Positions 35,914 to 48,667 of a stretch of 64,000 nt of DNA are shown here, in pieces (the first letter of the stretch is position 1; every line of letters starts with the position of its first letter). A program made the translations under genes and the position numbers. A model generated the notes under the pieces. It was not told where the DNA came from, searched no databases, and was given only the letters and a program-made list of their open reading frames with translations. The stretch is from Podarcis cretensis. Its lineage: Eukaryota. The stretch lies in contig OX638156.1 in assembly GCA_951804945.1 (NCBI GenBank), forward strand, positions 40,238,001 through 40,302,000. Reading direction: 5' to 3'.

Positions 35914-35955
<42 letters not shown>

Positions 35956-36010
35956 TTATTACTTATACCCCACCCATCTTGCCGGGCTTCCCCAGCCACT
36001 CTGGGCGGCA
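35914..36010 (-). mobile_element. L2 3' tail with (AAT)n microsatellite
   Basis: Matches the L2 3' end at 22630-22730. Confidence 0.8.
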
Positions 36011-37769
36011 GCCCTCTCATTTGTCACCAGTATTCAGTTGTTTGGGGCTTTTTATATTAACATCTTAGACTGGGCTCAGCAGCAAATTGGCAACCAGCAC
36101 AAAATCTTTCAGGACCAGCAGTAACACCCAGCAGTAACCTAGCTAGCTGCTATATTATGCACCAGTTGCAGCTTCCAAACCATCTTCAAGGGGAACCCCA
36201 TATAGTGCACTGCAATAAACTGATAAGGAAACATTAGCCGCTGGCCTATAGTTAATATCATCTGGATCCAGGCTGGGCCGACTTGTAGCTTCTTTTAAAG
36301 AAGATGCAACGGCTCATTTTGTCAATGAAGAAAGAGCAAGCGTGAGCTGAAGCACAGGGGGTTTCCTTATATCTTCTGCTGTGAATTCATTCAGCTTCTC
36401 TGCATTCACCTTTTCTTCCTTTAGACAGCTTTTGACTCCTTTACTGTTCAAAGGTCCAGCTGTCTCCCTAGATGGTCTCTAACTACTGAAGTATTTTGTA
36501 GTTGTTGATTTTTGTTTTTAGCAGCTGTCATCCTCAAATTCTTTTTTTGCATTGCTTATTGTCTGCTTGCAATATTAAAGTCTTATTTCCCCCTCCTACG
36601 TGCATATTTTATAGTTTTGTTTTTCATGTTTTAATTTTGGTCTATTATAATTGTTCTCCATATTATATACACTATAAAATGAAAATTTAAAACTTTACAA
36701 AAGAATCAGTTATTTAAAGACCTTAAACACAAAAGTTAAAAGGCATTTGAAAGTTGGATGTAAACAAGGATCAAAGTAGCATACTTCTAAGTAGTAATGA
36801 ATATAAGACACTTCAAGTGAAGAAGACCAGAACACACCGTTAACCAAAAACCCTCTACCAGCTTCAAAAGTTTGCAGGAAAACTAGGGCAGCAACAACGT
36901 GGGCATATGGTGCCACAAAGATGTTGCCCTGAAGTAATTGTTTTTCAGGTCACTATACTTCATGCTACACTTCTTCCACATTCACTTTTTCACATCTCAT
37001 GCAGGTTGAGAATTAAATAACATTACTAGCCACACTGGGCAGGGAACTGTAAACCTGAAGGTTCACTTCACTGTTTTCACCATCATTTCCACCACCAGTA
37101 CCAGCCTCAATTCTTTTCCCCCTTTTTTTAAAATCTAACCATTCAAAAAAGGAATGCAGACCTGGAGGCAACAAAAAGAAAGAGGCGACTACTTTTGTAA
37201 CTATGAAAAATACAAGCTAGAATGAACAATTTTCATTTAATAAGGAAAACAGACAGTAATAACATTTGCAATAAATTCACCCTAGAATGAACTAAGTATT
37301 GCCAATTTAATTTTGCATTAAATTACTACAAGACATTGCAAGAAGCTCAGGACAGGCTGATTTTAAATACTCAAAAGAACTCTGTTATAAACATGGAAAT
37401 GAGCAATAACTCTACAGGACCACTGAGTAATTAAAGCCAATGTCGTAAATCAATTCAGGTACAAACAAAAAAAGATGAAATAACAGGATAAATAACATAT
37501 AAAACTACTTAACAGTTTAATAAACTTGACAATTGTCAACTCCCAGCAAGCAAAATATAGTAAGATCTTAGTGGCCTGTGGTGTTTTGCACTACAAATCA
37601 CATCAACCAGTTAACATGGTCAGTGGTCAGAGCTGTAATCCACAACATCTGGAGATTACCAGGTTGGGGAAGGTTGTTCTAGCAACTAAACCAATCAAGC
37701 AGTGAGAAGAGGGAATATAAACAGTACAAACTAAGTTGTGGATACCCTTTTCATTTCTTTTTTTTTAAT

Positions 37770-37973
37770 NNNNNNNNNNNNNNNNNNNNNNNNNNNNNNN
37801 NNNNNNNNNNNNNNNNNNNNNNNNNNNNNNNNNNNNNNNNNNNNNNNNNNNNNNNNNNNNNNNNNNNNNNNNNNNNNNNNNNNNNNNNNNNNNNNNNNNN
37901 NNNNNNNNNNNNNNNNNNNNNNNNNNNNNNNNNNNNNNNNNNNNNNNNNNNNNNNNNNNNNNNNNNNNNNNNN
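37770..37973. other. Assembly gap (204 N)
   Basis: Run of N. Confidence 1.
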
Positions 37974-38062
37974 TTTTTTTCCAGTTAGCCTATATAATCA
38001 ATTTATGCTGTATGTTCAGCTCTTCTTTCCCAGTATTCTCACTCTGTTCTGAACCATGGCAC
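37974..38062 (-). other. CNOT1: CNOT1 exon 2, visible 5' UTR part; start codon and first ~34 codons probably inside the gap
   Basis: Strong acceptor tttgtcttgcag|GTGCCATG; no MNLDSLSLALSQ-coding sequence found elsewhere between exons 1 and 3. Confidence 0.7.
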
Positions 38063-38567
38063 CTGCAAGACAAAACAGAAATGATTATACATAATCTATT
38101 TGCTAGTGACTGGTCATGTATAACTAAACAATCGTAAATGTAATGATGGTACAGGCCAGAGTTTTATGGGAAAACACTTGCTTTGCAAGCAAAAGGTTGC
38201 AGATTTGATAAGGCTGTTAAAGGCAGTTTGAACTATAGTTTATTTCAGGGGTCAGGAACTAGATCCGGCCCCGAGGGCTGAATCCAAAACTGCCACACCA
38301 TCTGTGAACCACCTTCAACTGAAGAATCAAAGAGCACTCAAAGTACACTCTGGATACTTTCCATCCCCAAATTTAATTAAAATTGGGACTGCAGAGGAAG
38401 TTTATTCCGCAGAAGAATATTCTGCTACTTACCCTTTCAAAAGGAGGGCTTGTATTTGACATTGAATTTCAATTCAGCAATGAAAGCGAGTCAAGGATCA
38501 TCTGCATTTGGGAGCTAAAAGGAACAAGTGGCAGATCACGGTAATGCTCCCAACTGTTTCTCTAGAG

Positions 38568-38705
38568 CAGCGGTTCTCAACCTGTGGGTCTCCAGATGTT
38601 GTTGGACTACAACTCCCATCATCCCTAAGCTCTGGCCTTGCTAGCTAGGAGTGATGGGAGTTGTAGTTCAACAACATTTGGGGATGCACAGGTTGAGAAA
38701 GGCTG
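38568..38705. mobile_element. hAT MITE with perfect 8-bp TSD
   Basis: TIR cagcggttctcaacctgtg / cacaggttgagaaaggctg, flanked on both sides by CTCTAGAG. Confidence 0.9.
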
Positions 38706-39652
38706 CTCTAGAGCCACAGCAGTACCTGCCCCACACCTGAAGTCATAGGTGAGCGTGGCATGGGAGAAAATGGTATTGAAAATCAATCTGGGGCTACAGG
38801 TAGGCTTGTGGTTATTCAAAGCCAGCATCATAAGCCACAGTCTGAAGTTGCCCTATTCAGACAAACCAACCAGAGTTAAAACTAACCACATTTGGCCCTA
38901 GTTTGGGCATAACAAGCCACTCCAAGGTGGAATAAAAAACAAGTGCTTTTGACTTCCTCCTCTAGGTTGCACTGGAAGAGGGAAGTAGTGCACAAGCCAA
39001 AGAACACTAAAATCCCTGTTTAGTGTATTGTCCAAATACAGTCAATGAGTCCAATCGGAGCAAAAGACTATTTTATTCAGATCTATAGAATTATGAATAG
39101 TCTTCACTTGTTAATGAGAACACAGGAGTTTATTTACACTTTCAACAGCATGACGTGTCATTTATAAGATGTGTACCCAAGTGCCAAATCCCAATTATTG
39201 TTTTAAGCAAATATACAATTTTAAAAAATAATTTTAAATGATCTGTTCATTGGCATTTGCCTCTCTTGACGGAAGCTTATCATTAGGATTGTAGATTCCT
39301 TAATAGGTTATTGTCCTGCCAATACAGATTCCAAACTTATGCAATGATAAAATTGCTTCATGTTTACAAGGCAATCTTGAAATCTTCACCAGTTTTGCTT
39401 TCAGTTTTTACAGGCCGCTTCCAAGACCAATGCGGAAAAGATTGCAAGGCCTGAAATTCTGCTGAAGAAAGATGATCATTCGGTAATATATGGAGAGAAG
39501 TGGAATTGATTTGTGGATGGACTGAATATGGGACAAAAGCAGAAAAAAAGAGTCAGAGAAACAAATTTCATCCTGATGAAGTGGGCAACAGAGGAAGTGT
39601 AAATGAGGATTGGTAGACGGGAGGAAAGATGAGACATTTGGCTGTGGATGTA

Positions 39653-39867
39653 CAGTGGTCCCTCCGGATACGAACTTAATTCATTCCAGGGGTCCGTACG
39701 TACCCCAAAAAGTCTGCATCTAGAGGCGCCACTTCTGCGCACACACGCGGTGCGACATAACACTTCTGCGCATGCGATGAAACCTGAAAGTATACACTTC
39801 CGGGTTTGCTGCATTCGCAACCCAAAAGTTACGTTACCTGAAGGTAACGTAACCTGAGGGTCCACTG
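39653..39867. mobile_element. Tc1/mariner (Tigger/pogo-like) MITE
   Basis: TA-cagtggtccctc ... gagggtccactg-TA TIRs with TA TSD. Confidence 0.85.
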
Positions 39868-41707
39868 TACTGGCAACAATGACACATCCCAGTGGAAATA
39901 TCAGAGAAGTGATGTGGGATTGGAGGGAAATAAATATTTTTTTGGGGTACAGCTGTACAGCATTAGCATACCAGTGGTAGCAAAGCCACAGTATGTGATG
40001 AGGTTACCCAAAAAGAATGCACCTAGAGAAATAGCAGAGGGCCAAAAACAAAACCCTAAGGGATCCCTACAAACTGAGAAAGCAGAGGAAGACATTCCTC
40101 TTGTGTGTTAGAAGTCTGACTGGCCTCAACTAGAAGTCAGTCATTTGGTGTCACTGGTGTCCCATGCTGTGGAACACTTTTGCAGCAATGATTTGGCAGG
40201 CACCCTTACTTTTGACTGTCAAGCATCTCTTAAAGACTTTTTAATGCCTATGCAATTGCTTAGCATTTTCTTGAGCAGCCAGTCATTTTAATGATTGTTC
40301 TGTACTGCTTTTAAAGGATTGCTATAATGTTGATGTATAAAACCCCAATGTTTTCTGAGAGCAACATATATACACTTTTCTAAATAAGTAATGATTAGCC
40401 AGTTAGGAAGAGAATCAACTGAGGACAGAATCAAGGACCTAGGGCTTAAAGGGAATCACAACTTAATTGTGATCAGCTGTATCAAGGGGTGGCAGAGAGA
40501 TTGAGGAAGATGAGAACTGAACAGAAACCTTTCCACTTGCCAAATAAATTATTTTCATGAAATAAACTATTTTCTGAAGAAGTGTGCATGCACACAAAAG
40601 CTCATACCAGTAACTAACTTAGTTGGTCTCTAAGATGCTACTGGAAGGGATTTTTAAATTTTATTTTCATGAGGGTAGCCAATATTGGTGAAATACATAG
40701 TGGGTAGTCAAAGTCTATCAAGGTTAGCCCAAATTCAGCTAGGGAACTTTTAGCATTTAAGCAGCAAGGTTTAAGACAAAGGAATCAGCTAGCTACACTA
40801 CAATTTAGATTACAACTAAACTGCTTTCAGCAACTTAAGCATTAGCCACTCTGCACAGATACTAACCAACTGGTAGGACTACCACTCAAACCACATTGTG
40901 ACACACAGTGGCACAAAGCCACCTTAAATAAATATATAAATCTAATTATCTAAAAGGCAGAATTCATAACAGCATATTAAAAAATCATGATGAATATGTA
41001 AGATAAAACAAATTTAAATGTTTCAAAAGGGGGAGGGGGAGGAAGGGTGAAAGGAAGAGCTTCTTGAAAAATGAGAGCAAGATGAGAATTGCACTCAAGT
41101 GGGAAACAAAACATGAGTGGCCAACATAAACTGAACGAAATGTCTAAATGAGCATGCAGCAGCTTCTGCCCCACCCATATTAGTTTATTGCCTCACACGC
41201 AGTATCAAGGGTAAAGGTCAGCAGTACCTGTTGTGTACGTTGAACAAATGGAACTACGTACAATGTTGACGGATGTTAAATGCTTTAACCTGTATGAGTT
41301 AAATATGGAACATCCTGAATACAGCTCAAAAATCACGTAACTTAGCACTAAAGTTTGCCACCTACCAAGGATTACAAGGTAGAGCTAACTACAATTGTGC
41401 TGCAAAGGAAGCAAATACTTTTGCTGAATTTGATTGGGATCCTAAAGCTGAAAGAGCTGTTCCTCAAGATGGTCTAGCTAATTCATGGTAAAGTGAGATT
41501 TGAACCAGCAACTTCCTAATTCATCGGTCTGCTAAATCCACTCCTTTACACAAGAATTAGGCCTAAGTTGTTGGATCCATTATTGCCTCTAACTTGAGCC
41601 AAACCACAGCTATCATGGCCAGTAGCCACTGAAAGCCATTCAAATGGGTTGCCATTAGTCTCCTGTAGAGCAGGTTTCAGTTTAACTATGCACTGTGTGA
41701 AGAATTA

Positions 41708-41933
41708 CAGTGGTACCTCTGGTTGTGAACGGGATCTGTTCCAGAGGCCCATTCGCAACATGAAAAGCCCGCAACCTGAAAGTGCCATATCTGCGCAGGT
41801 GCACAGTGTGATTTGGCACTTGTGCACATGCGCGAGCAGTGAAACCCAGAAGTAACCCTTTCCGGTACTTCCGGTTCGCCGCGGGATGCAACCTGAAAAA
41901 ACATAACATGAAACGTAACATGGGGTATGACTG
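41708..41933. mobile_element. Tc1/mariner (Tigger/pogo-like) MITE
   Basis: TA-cagtggtacctc ... ggggtatgactg-TA. Confidence 0.8.
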
Positions 41934-42570
41934 TACTTCCTTTTGCCAATCCTGAATCTTCCAACACTAAGCTTCACTGCATGTTCATGAGTTCTAGTGC
42001 TATGACACAGAGAGAAAAACTTTTCTCTTCCCACTTTATCCATGCTGTGAATAATTTTATAAACTTCCATCATATCACACCATATATTTGTATAATGGCG
42101 CTATGATACTGAAAGTTTTATTTTAATTTTTCCGCCCTAGTATGCCTTTTCCACAGCTGCTGCACACTGGGGTAGACATCCTCATTGAGTTACCTACTAT
42201 GACTCCAATGGCTCATTCCTGGTCAGTCACTGCCAGTTCAGACTCCATGAGCATAGATGCATTATTATTTTTTGCATCACACTTTGTACGCACTGAATTG
42301 CATTTGCCATTTTACAGTCCATTCACTCAATTTAGAGAATATTTTTTGAAGCTCTTGAAAATCTTTTGGGCACCTCATTGCTCACCCCTATCTCTAGATC
42401 CTCTATGAACAAGTTAAAAGGCACAATATCAATCCTTGGAAAACTCCACATCACCTCTAACTATGTTTACTGACATTCTTAAAGAACTCTTAATAGCTTC
42501 ATAAGACAAGAGTAGTCTTTGCAGAAGCTATGCAGGCTCTACTTCACTAAGTCTTGTTCTCCCATATGCT
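41934..42570 (-). mobile_element. Decayed CR1-type LINE fragment
   Basis: ORF-track peptide MMEVYKIIHSMDKVGREKFFSL...RFRIGKRK resembles the CR1 ORF2 C-terminus. Confidence 0.7.
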
Positions 42571-42949
42571 TAGTTATTTTCTTATTAACAACACTTTAGA
42601 TCACTTTTTTTTGGCACAAGAAAAGTCCAAGCCCATATAGGTGAAACCATGCGGTTCACATGAAAAGATAATGGTTTCAGTTCTGTAACATGAAGACAAG
42701 CAAATAAATCATTCTTCAAGTTACCAGAAAGCATTATTCCAGTGCCTGTCTCACCTGCCAAAAGAAGCCCGGCCAAACTGGCACCAGACCACAGACTTTT
42801 GCCAGAAATAAGATCCCACTACCTCCCCGCCTATCCCCGGTAAAGTAAGGATGTTTATAGGACGTTTGAAACAGATAGAGCACCTATAAGCAGATTCAAG
42901 TCCGTCGTGGATCAGAGATAGGAGGAAAAAAGAACAAAAACGGGAATTA

Positions 42950-44420
42950 AGCTCTTTCTCCGCCTGTATTGTAGCAGCCTCTGACCGGTATCCTACAAGA
43001 CGATTCGGGAGCGGCTGAGGAAGCCCAAGGGCGGCGCACACCTGGGGCTGGCGGGCGCCTCGACGTGGATTAACTAAAGCCTCTGAACAAGCAACAACGC
43101 TTCGCGACCCGCCTCGTTCGCTTCCACAAGAAGTAGCCCAAGTCACTTCCGGCTTCGGAGGGCGGGCAGGACAGGCCAACGGAGCGGACGGGGCCCCTCA
43201 CCCTTTCTCGGCGGCCCAATTGGGACAGCCTCCTGGGGGCAGGCAGGAGCCCGCCGTTGCCGCGAGCGACCCTCGGCTTTTATTTATTCCGCGGCCGGAC
43301 TCGCCTTCGGGGCGCAAGAGGGGAAGGAGGGAGAGAGGGGCAGGGGGTCTCCGGGAGGCCTCCTCGCCCCACCACAGGGAACAACACGTGCAGGGACAGG
43401 CGAGCTACGGGCAGGCCCAGCTCACCACTCCTTTGCTTAGCGCTTCAGCGCCGGCTACGCCGGGAGAGACGCGGGACGCAGGCCGCCCACCGCTACCGCC
43501 ACTACCGCTCGGCCTCCCGGTGACTTCCGCCAGCGCCGGCCTTGCCGCCTGGAGCGAACGGCGCGGTTCTCACCTGGGGCGGGCCGGGGGCGAGGGTCTC
43601 GGGGCCGGGGCGGGCGCCTGGCTGAGCCGCTCGCGCTTCTCTAGCTACCTCCTCCGCTGGTTCCCAAACAAAATGGCGCCGGGAGTCGCGCGCTCACGTC
43701 GCGGCCCTTCTCTTCCCGTCTTCCCCTGCGACGGACGTAAGGCCAGGGGGCGGGGGCTCCTCGATCTCGCTTAGCTCGCCCGCGCGAGGAAGCCCTGGCC
43801 CAATCGCAGGCTGTGTCCAGCTCCGCGCTCGAGCCCGCCTCCCTGCTTTCGTCCAATCCCCACCTCGAGGAGCAGCGCGATATTATTTTTCCCCCTTTGC
43901 GTCTGCGTAGGGACGAAGGCCAGGTTACCCAATCCGTGTTTGGAAGTGGTTGCTGGAAGGCGGCGCAAAGCGGAGGAGATGGCTAGGGGGCGCTGCAGAA
44001 CTATCGGCCGACAAGGATTGGTTAAAGGCAATATTGAGCTCAGCTCGGCCAATCATAACGTGGCGCCGCGAAGGGAGCGTGTCAGCTACGACCAATAACA
44101 GTCGGGCGCGGTTGCTGTGGCCGAGGAGCCAGGCGTGAGGCGCGATTCCTTGGGAAGTGTAACGGGGCAGCTAGGAGGTCGACGAGCACTCCACCCTGGA
44201 AGGAAGCGCATGCGCACGGGCTTCCCGGAGAGCGGGGGTGCGCCTGAGGCAGTTGTGCAGCTGCTAAGCGGGTCTTCGCAGCCTCCCTTCGGAGCCGCTC
44301 CGGCGCCTGGCTTGTGTGTGTGTGTGGGGGGGGTCCTCTCGGAAGGCCGCTTCCCTGGGGCTTCTCCGCGGGGCCGGAGTAGACGGGGCTCTGAGGTGGA
44401 CCTAAGTGTTGGAGAAGCAG
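42950..44420. promoter_or_regulatory. CpG island promoter of CNOT1
   Basis: Dense CpG; YY1 motif aaaatggcg at 43670; CCAAT/ATTGG at 43800, 43853, 43929, 44017, 44049, 44092; NRF1 GCGCATGCGC at 44206; GC boxes. Confidence 0.9.
43574..43680 (-). other. CNOT1: CNOT1 non-coding exon 1 (TSS approximate)
   Basis: GGCGCCATTTTGTTTGGGAACCAGCGGAGGAGGTAG resembles the human CNOT1 5' end as recalled; donor CCAG|gtgaga. Confidence 0.75.
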
Positions 44421-46716
44421 CATCCTGGGTGGGGGAAACCACGTGCCATTGGGGTCTGTTTCCTTCAGGAAAATAAAAAGGGCAACTGAGAGCGAACGTG
44501 AAAGAGGTGCTTAAAACCACGGCGGTGCGGTGGAGAAAGTGGGCAAAGAAGTCTCCCCCCCCCCCGTAACGTGGACCCCCGCCAGTGAAGCTAAATGTTG
44601 CAAGATTCAGGCCCGACCAACTCGCTGCTACTTCCTCCTCGCCTAATTAAAGTGTTTTGCGCGGCCCACAACTCTGAGGGCTTTAACAAATCTGTTTAGG
44701 TAGATTCGTGGAGAAGGAGAATGGATACTAGCCAGGGCAGCTGTGTGCAGTGCTGCCAGTAGTGAAGGCTGAGAGGCCTCCAAGTAGGTTAGTGGACAGC
44801 ACAAGTGTGTTGCCTTCATGTGTCTGCTTTGGGGCTTCTGGCAGGCATTGGATTGGCCACTCTGAAAATAGGTTGTTGGACCAGGTTGATGGCCTGATCA
44901 AGCAGTGCTCTTCCAATTTATTTAATTTGTATACCACCCATAGATCTTGGCAGTCCTCAACATAAAATCACAATGTACAAAACACAAAATATGTAATAAA
45001 AATAAAATCAAAGACAACCCAATAATATTTCCTTCCACAGCGCATTTTAAAAGGGCACCGGATGTCAGTTGGCCAAAGGCCTGGTTAAAGAGGACCATTC
45101 CACAAATGGGAAGCCATTGCAGAAAAGGGCCATTCTCGTGTTGCCACTCCGAACCTCTTGTGGAGGGGCCTTCCAATGATCTTAAGAAGTCTCTTTGTAA
45201 ACTTCTGATACGTAACAAGAATGGATGTTGGTATTAATCTTCCCCTGCTGCCATTTTCCTAGCAAAAATTACCTGGGGTAGGGTATCCTTGCACAGACCA
45301 GAGTTTTAATCCTAGGAAATAGGTTGTTTTAAATCCCAGAACTGCAATCCTGATCTTTCTCCCCCTTCCCCAAAGTGAGTTGCAAAAAAGCATCATTGCA
45401 TATGGTTTGGCTCTGCAGAGTAGGACATACTGGGTTTTTGGACTACATGCCATTCTGTGCAGCTTCACACAGTCAATTAAGAGTTGGCTGAAAGCCAAGG
45501 ATGACTGAGCAGAGAGGAGTTTTTCTGCCTGGAGATATGAGACCTTGGATACAGCTCTACCATTGGTTGAGGTCTCACACAGGCATGATGACTTATGACC
45601 TTACTGAGTGGATAGTTTGTTGGTCAGTGTGGTGTTCTGAGAGTCGTTTGGAGTTTGTTAAGAGAGAGCTAGTTAAGATCTGTTTCTGTTCTTGTATATA
45701 GTAACTTGTAGAGTCTGCTGTAAATAATAAACACCTCTAAGTAACCAAATTACTGGTAGCAGTGTCTTGTTCTTGCTTCGTCCATTCTGCCTGCAACTGA
45801 TTGCTTTCTGGAACTGCGTATGCTCTGCTAAGGTCTGGCTAAGGTCCTGCAACAGGTCAATGTTGCGAAACACCAATAGGACACTGGTAGTTTTCCCTGT
45901 AACGCTCTTGCTGTTCGTGGCTTTGCTCTTCAAGGGCTCCAGCCAAGTAGGCAGAACTTTGTAAAATCTGTTTTGGCAGCTTGTGAGCCTTTTAGACCTC
46001 AGGTTGGAGTGGAAGAGGATTTTTTGTCATATCATGAAAAGCTGGGTAGAGTTGAGACAATCCCTGCCCCTCCTTCTGCCCCCATGGCAATCGGATGACC
46101 AGCCTGGTCCTACCCAGTGATGGAGCAGCCTCAGAGAGCTTGCTCCTTTCCCACAACAACAAAAAACACTGTTCCAACTGCCTGTTGCTCTTTGGCAAGG
46201 GAAGAGCAAGCCATTTTGGCCCTATGTCACCAACCAGACGATGAAGAGCCAGTTGCATACTTGCATCACTCTTATGTGAGGAAAGGAGCATAACCTCAGC
46301 TGGATGTGGAGGCTTTTGTACAAGTTACGCTCTGTTCTCTCAACGTTAGGCTAATCTTCCCTGTTTCTCTTGCTTTCTTTTAGTTGGTAAGTCAAAGGGA
46401 AGGGCCTGCTACTTTTTTTTATGTAAGCTGCTTTGTGAAACAATATTCTGAAAGTAGTATATAAATATAATAAATATATTCAGGTAGGGTTGCCATATTT
46501 CAAAAAGTAAAAACCAGGACACCCCAAAAGTTGTTGAGGTTTTTTATATACAAAAACATGATGTATGGCAGCCCTAGAATCAGGTCATGTTATAGGTTCT
46601 CTACCACAGAGCGGGGTTGGGACATTTCTGTGTGATGCCCCCCCCCAAAAGTGCCATAGACATATCTGTTCTCCCTGCCCTGCCAAGATTGACCACACAC
46701 CCAAGAGATTACATGA

Positions 46717-46722
46717 TTTAAT
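46717..46722 (-). terminator. Probable poly(A) signal of the CTSA-like gene
   Basis: ATTAAA ~150 nt after the stop codon, followed by GU-rich ttgggtgtgtggtc. Confidence 0.5.
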
Positions 46723-46867
46723 AAGCTTTTGCAACTATTCAATCATAAGAAGATAAGTATGTACATAGCTTCAATTATGTTACTATGTTACAAAGTATTG
46801 TGTACTATGTGGAATACTATTTCCCCACAACTTTTCAGTGACATTTACTATTTTAAAATGCATTAGA

Positions 46868-46954
46868 TCAGATGTAGCTGGCTTTGGAGAGGAAGCATTC
46901 AAACATCTTCTGAGCTTGTCCAGGCTTATACTGTGGAACCATGTGACCAGCACC
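46868..46954 (-). CDS. Cathepsin A-like serine carboxypeptidase, coding exon 11 (catalytic His, stop)
   Basis: GAGHMVPQYKPGQAQKMFECFLSKASYI*. Confidence 0.92.
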   Translation of the reverse strand, partial: GAGHMVPQYKPGQAQKMFECFLSKASYI

Positions 46955-47220
46955 CTATATATGAGAGGGAAGATGCTTTAGAAAAGAGCTGAGAAAGCAC
47001 ATCTGAAATAATTTCCCCCTGCCTAAAACATTGTGAAGGATACTGGAAGCTTATATTGAGCAGAGCAAGAAGAGGCAACATCTGTGTAAAGGAGAGAATG
47101 CAACTTTTCGCCAGTGCTGTCTTGATAATGTGTGTGCAATTAATCACATATTGGCTGTGTTTTCACATAAACTGGGGTTAATGTTATTTAACAAACAAGC
47201 CATGTATTGCTTATTTAGAG

Positions 47221-47350
47221 CAGGTGTGGGAAACCGTGGCCCTCCAGCTGTTGCTGAACTACAACTCCCATCATCATTAGCCATGCTTGCTGGGACTGAT
47301 GGGAGTGGTGGTTCAGCAACAGCTGGCAAACCAAAGGTTCCCCACACCTG
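47221..47350. mobile_element. Palindromic hAT-type MITE
   Basis: TIR caggtgtggg / cccacacctg with internal inverted repeat. Confidence 0.85.
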
Positions 47351-47701
47351 CTTAGATCTTATTTTGTTTTCTAGCTACTCTTGCGTCATGCCTTCCCAGC
47401 TTGAGGAGCATCTGGGGTAACAGGTAGGGAAAACAACCATAGTTAAGCAGGGTTGTTAGGTTCATAAGTAATGTTAAACCATAGTTAGAATAAGCCATGA
47501 TTTTTAAGCCAATACCGAGCCATGGCTTCACATTGTCATTTGCTGATAGAAAATAAACAGGCTAGTTTGCTGATATGTTTTCACATGTTCAGGCAAACCA
47601 CAGTTACGGTAAACAAACCATAGTTTAATGTTACATGAGAACCAGGCCTTTGTTACAGGGCCCAGGATTACACCTAAGCCCTTTTAATAATGGGTCTCTC
47701 C

Positions 47702-47754
47702 AGCTTGAGAAGCCATTGCCTCCAACGTGTTAGCTTGAGAAGCCATTGCCTCCA
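47702..47754. repeat. Direct repeat of 23 bp (period 30)
   Basis: agcttgagaagccattgcctcca occurs twice, followed by degenerate tcttgaaaacc units. Confidence 0.85.
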
Positions 47755-48074
47755 TCTTGAAAACCATCTTGAAAACCTCTATCTTGAGAGCCATGTCATG
47801 CTTAAAAAATAACTGAGCCCATATAATGTGTTTTCTAAACAAGCTTTTGGCTCTGCTCCTGCTTTAAAGTATTGGCCGTTAGTGTTGCTCTTCCTGTTTT
47901 TGTGTTATCCTGCTGTTTATAAACTTGTCATTTTGTCTTTTAATTATTAGCTTGTTGCTGATTTTTACTTAAAATCTGCTTTTGAGTAACACTGTTGTAC
48001 AGGGGAGAAGCAGGGCATAAATCTTTTAAATAATGAAAAGTATAATGCCCACTGGCTCCAATTAAATCACTGAC

Positions 48075-48164
48075 CTTTACGGTGAGAAATGTGATCTTCT
48101 CATACTCCTTGAAAAATCCTGCAATCTGATCATTGAAATACCAGGGCTGGTAATCATTTAGCAC
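48075..48164 (-). CDS. Cathepsin A-like coding exon 10
   Basis: VLNDYQPWYFNDQIAGFFKEYEKITFLTVK. Confidence 0.92.
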
Positions 48165-48504
48165 CTGTGGAATTAATGAAAAAGAAGGTCACAAACTGGA
48201 AACAGACAAGAGACCCAATATTAGTGTACATACTAGTCTATCGCAGATGCTCCAAAACTGGCTCTTAGTAGACTTATTACTCCAGATCATGTTTTGCTAA
48301 CTTTCTCTTCATCTCTGCCCATCCATTCTAACTTCTTTTCTAAATGACAGCTTGGTTATGTCTTTAACAACAACTGCACATCTGTCGGTATTGGAAAGCT
48401 GGGTCCTAAAAGGCAGGATCAGCTGTGTCTTCCCACATAAATTAAGGAGCAATAGGTTTTCAATACAGCACTTAAGATATCCATAGTTCAAAGGAGTTAC
48501 TTAC

Positions 48505-48667
48505 AGTCTGATTTAAAGACTCAACAAACTTTTCAGCCCCCAAGAAGTTGCAGGCCATGTCCACGTCTCCATTATAAACCAATGCTCGTAGGTCCTGAGC
48601 CAGCAGATACTTGTAGAAGGGAGTCATGTCTCTGTACACCCTTTGGTAATGAGAGCTAACCTGTGTA
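48505..48667 (-). CDS. Cathepsin A-like coding exon 9 (catalytic Asp)
   Basis: TQVSSHYQRVYRDMTPFYKYLLAQDLRALVYNGDVDMACNFLGAEKFVESLNQT. Confidence 0.93.

Noticed and set aside
43220-43774. 184-aa plus-strand ORF and other ORFs in the CpG island
   Set aside because: Low-complexity frames expected in stop-poor GC-rich DNA
45490-45990. Solo-LTR-like stretch with AATAAA
   Set aside because: No definable TG...CA termini or TSD
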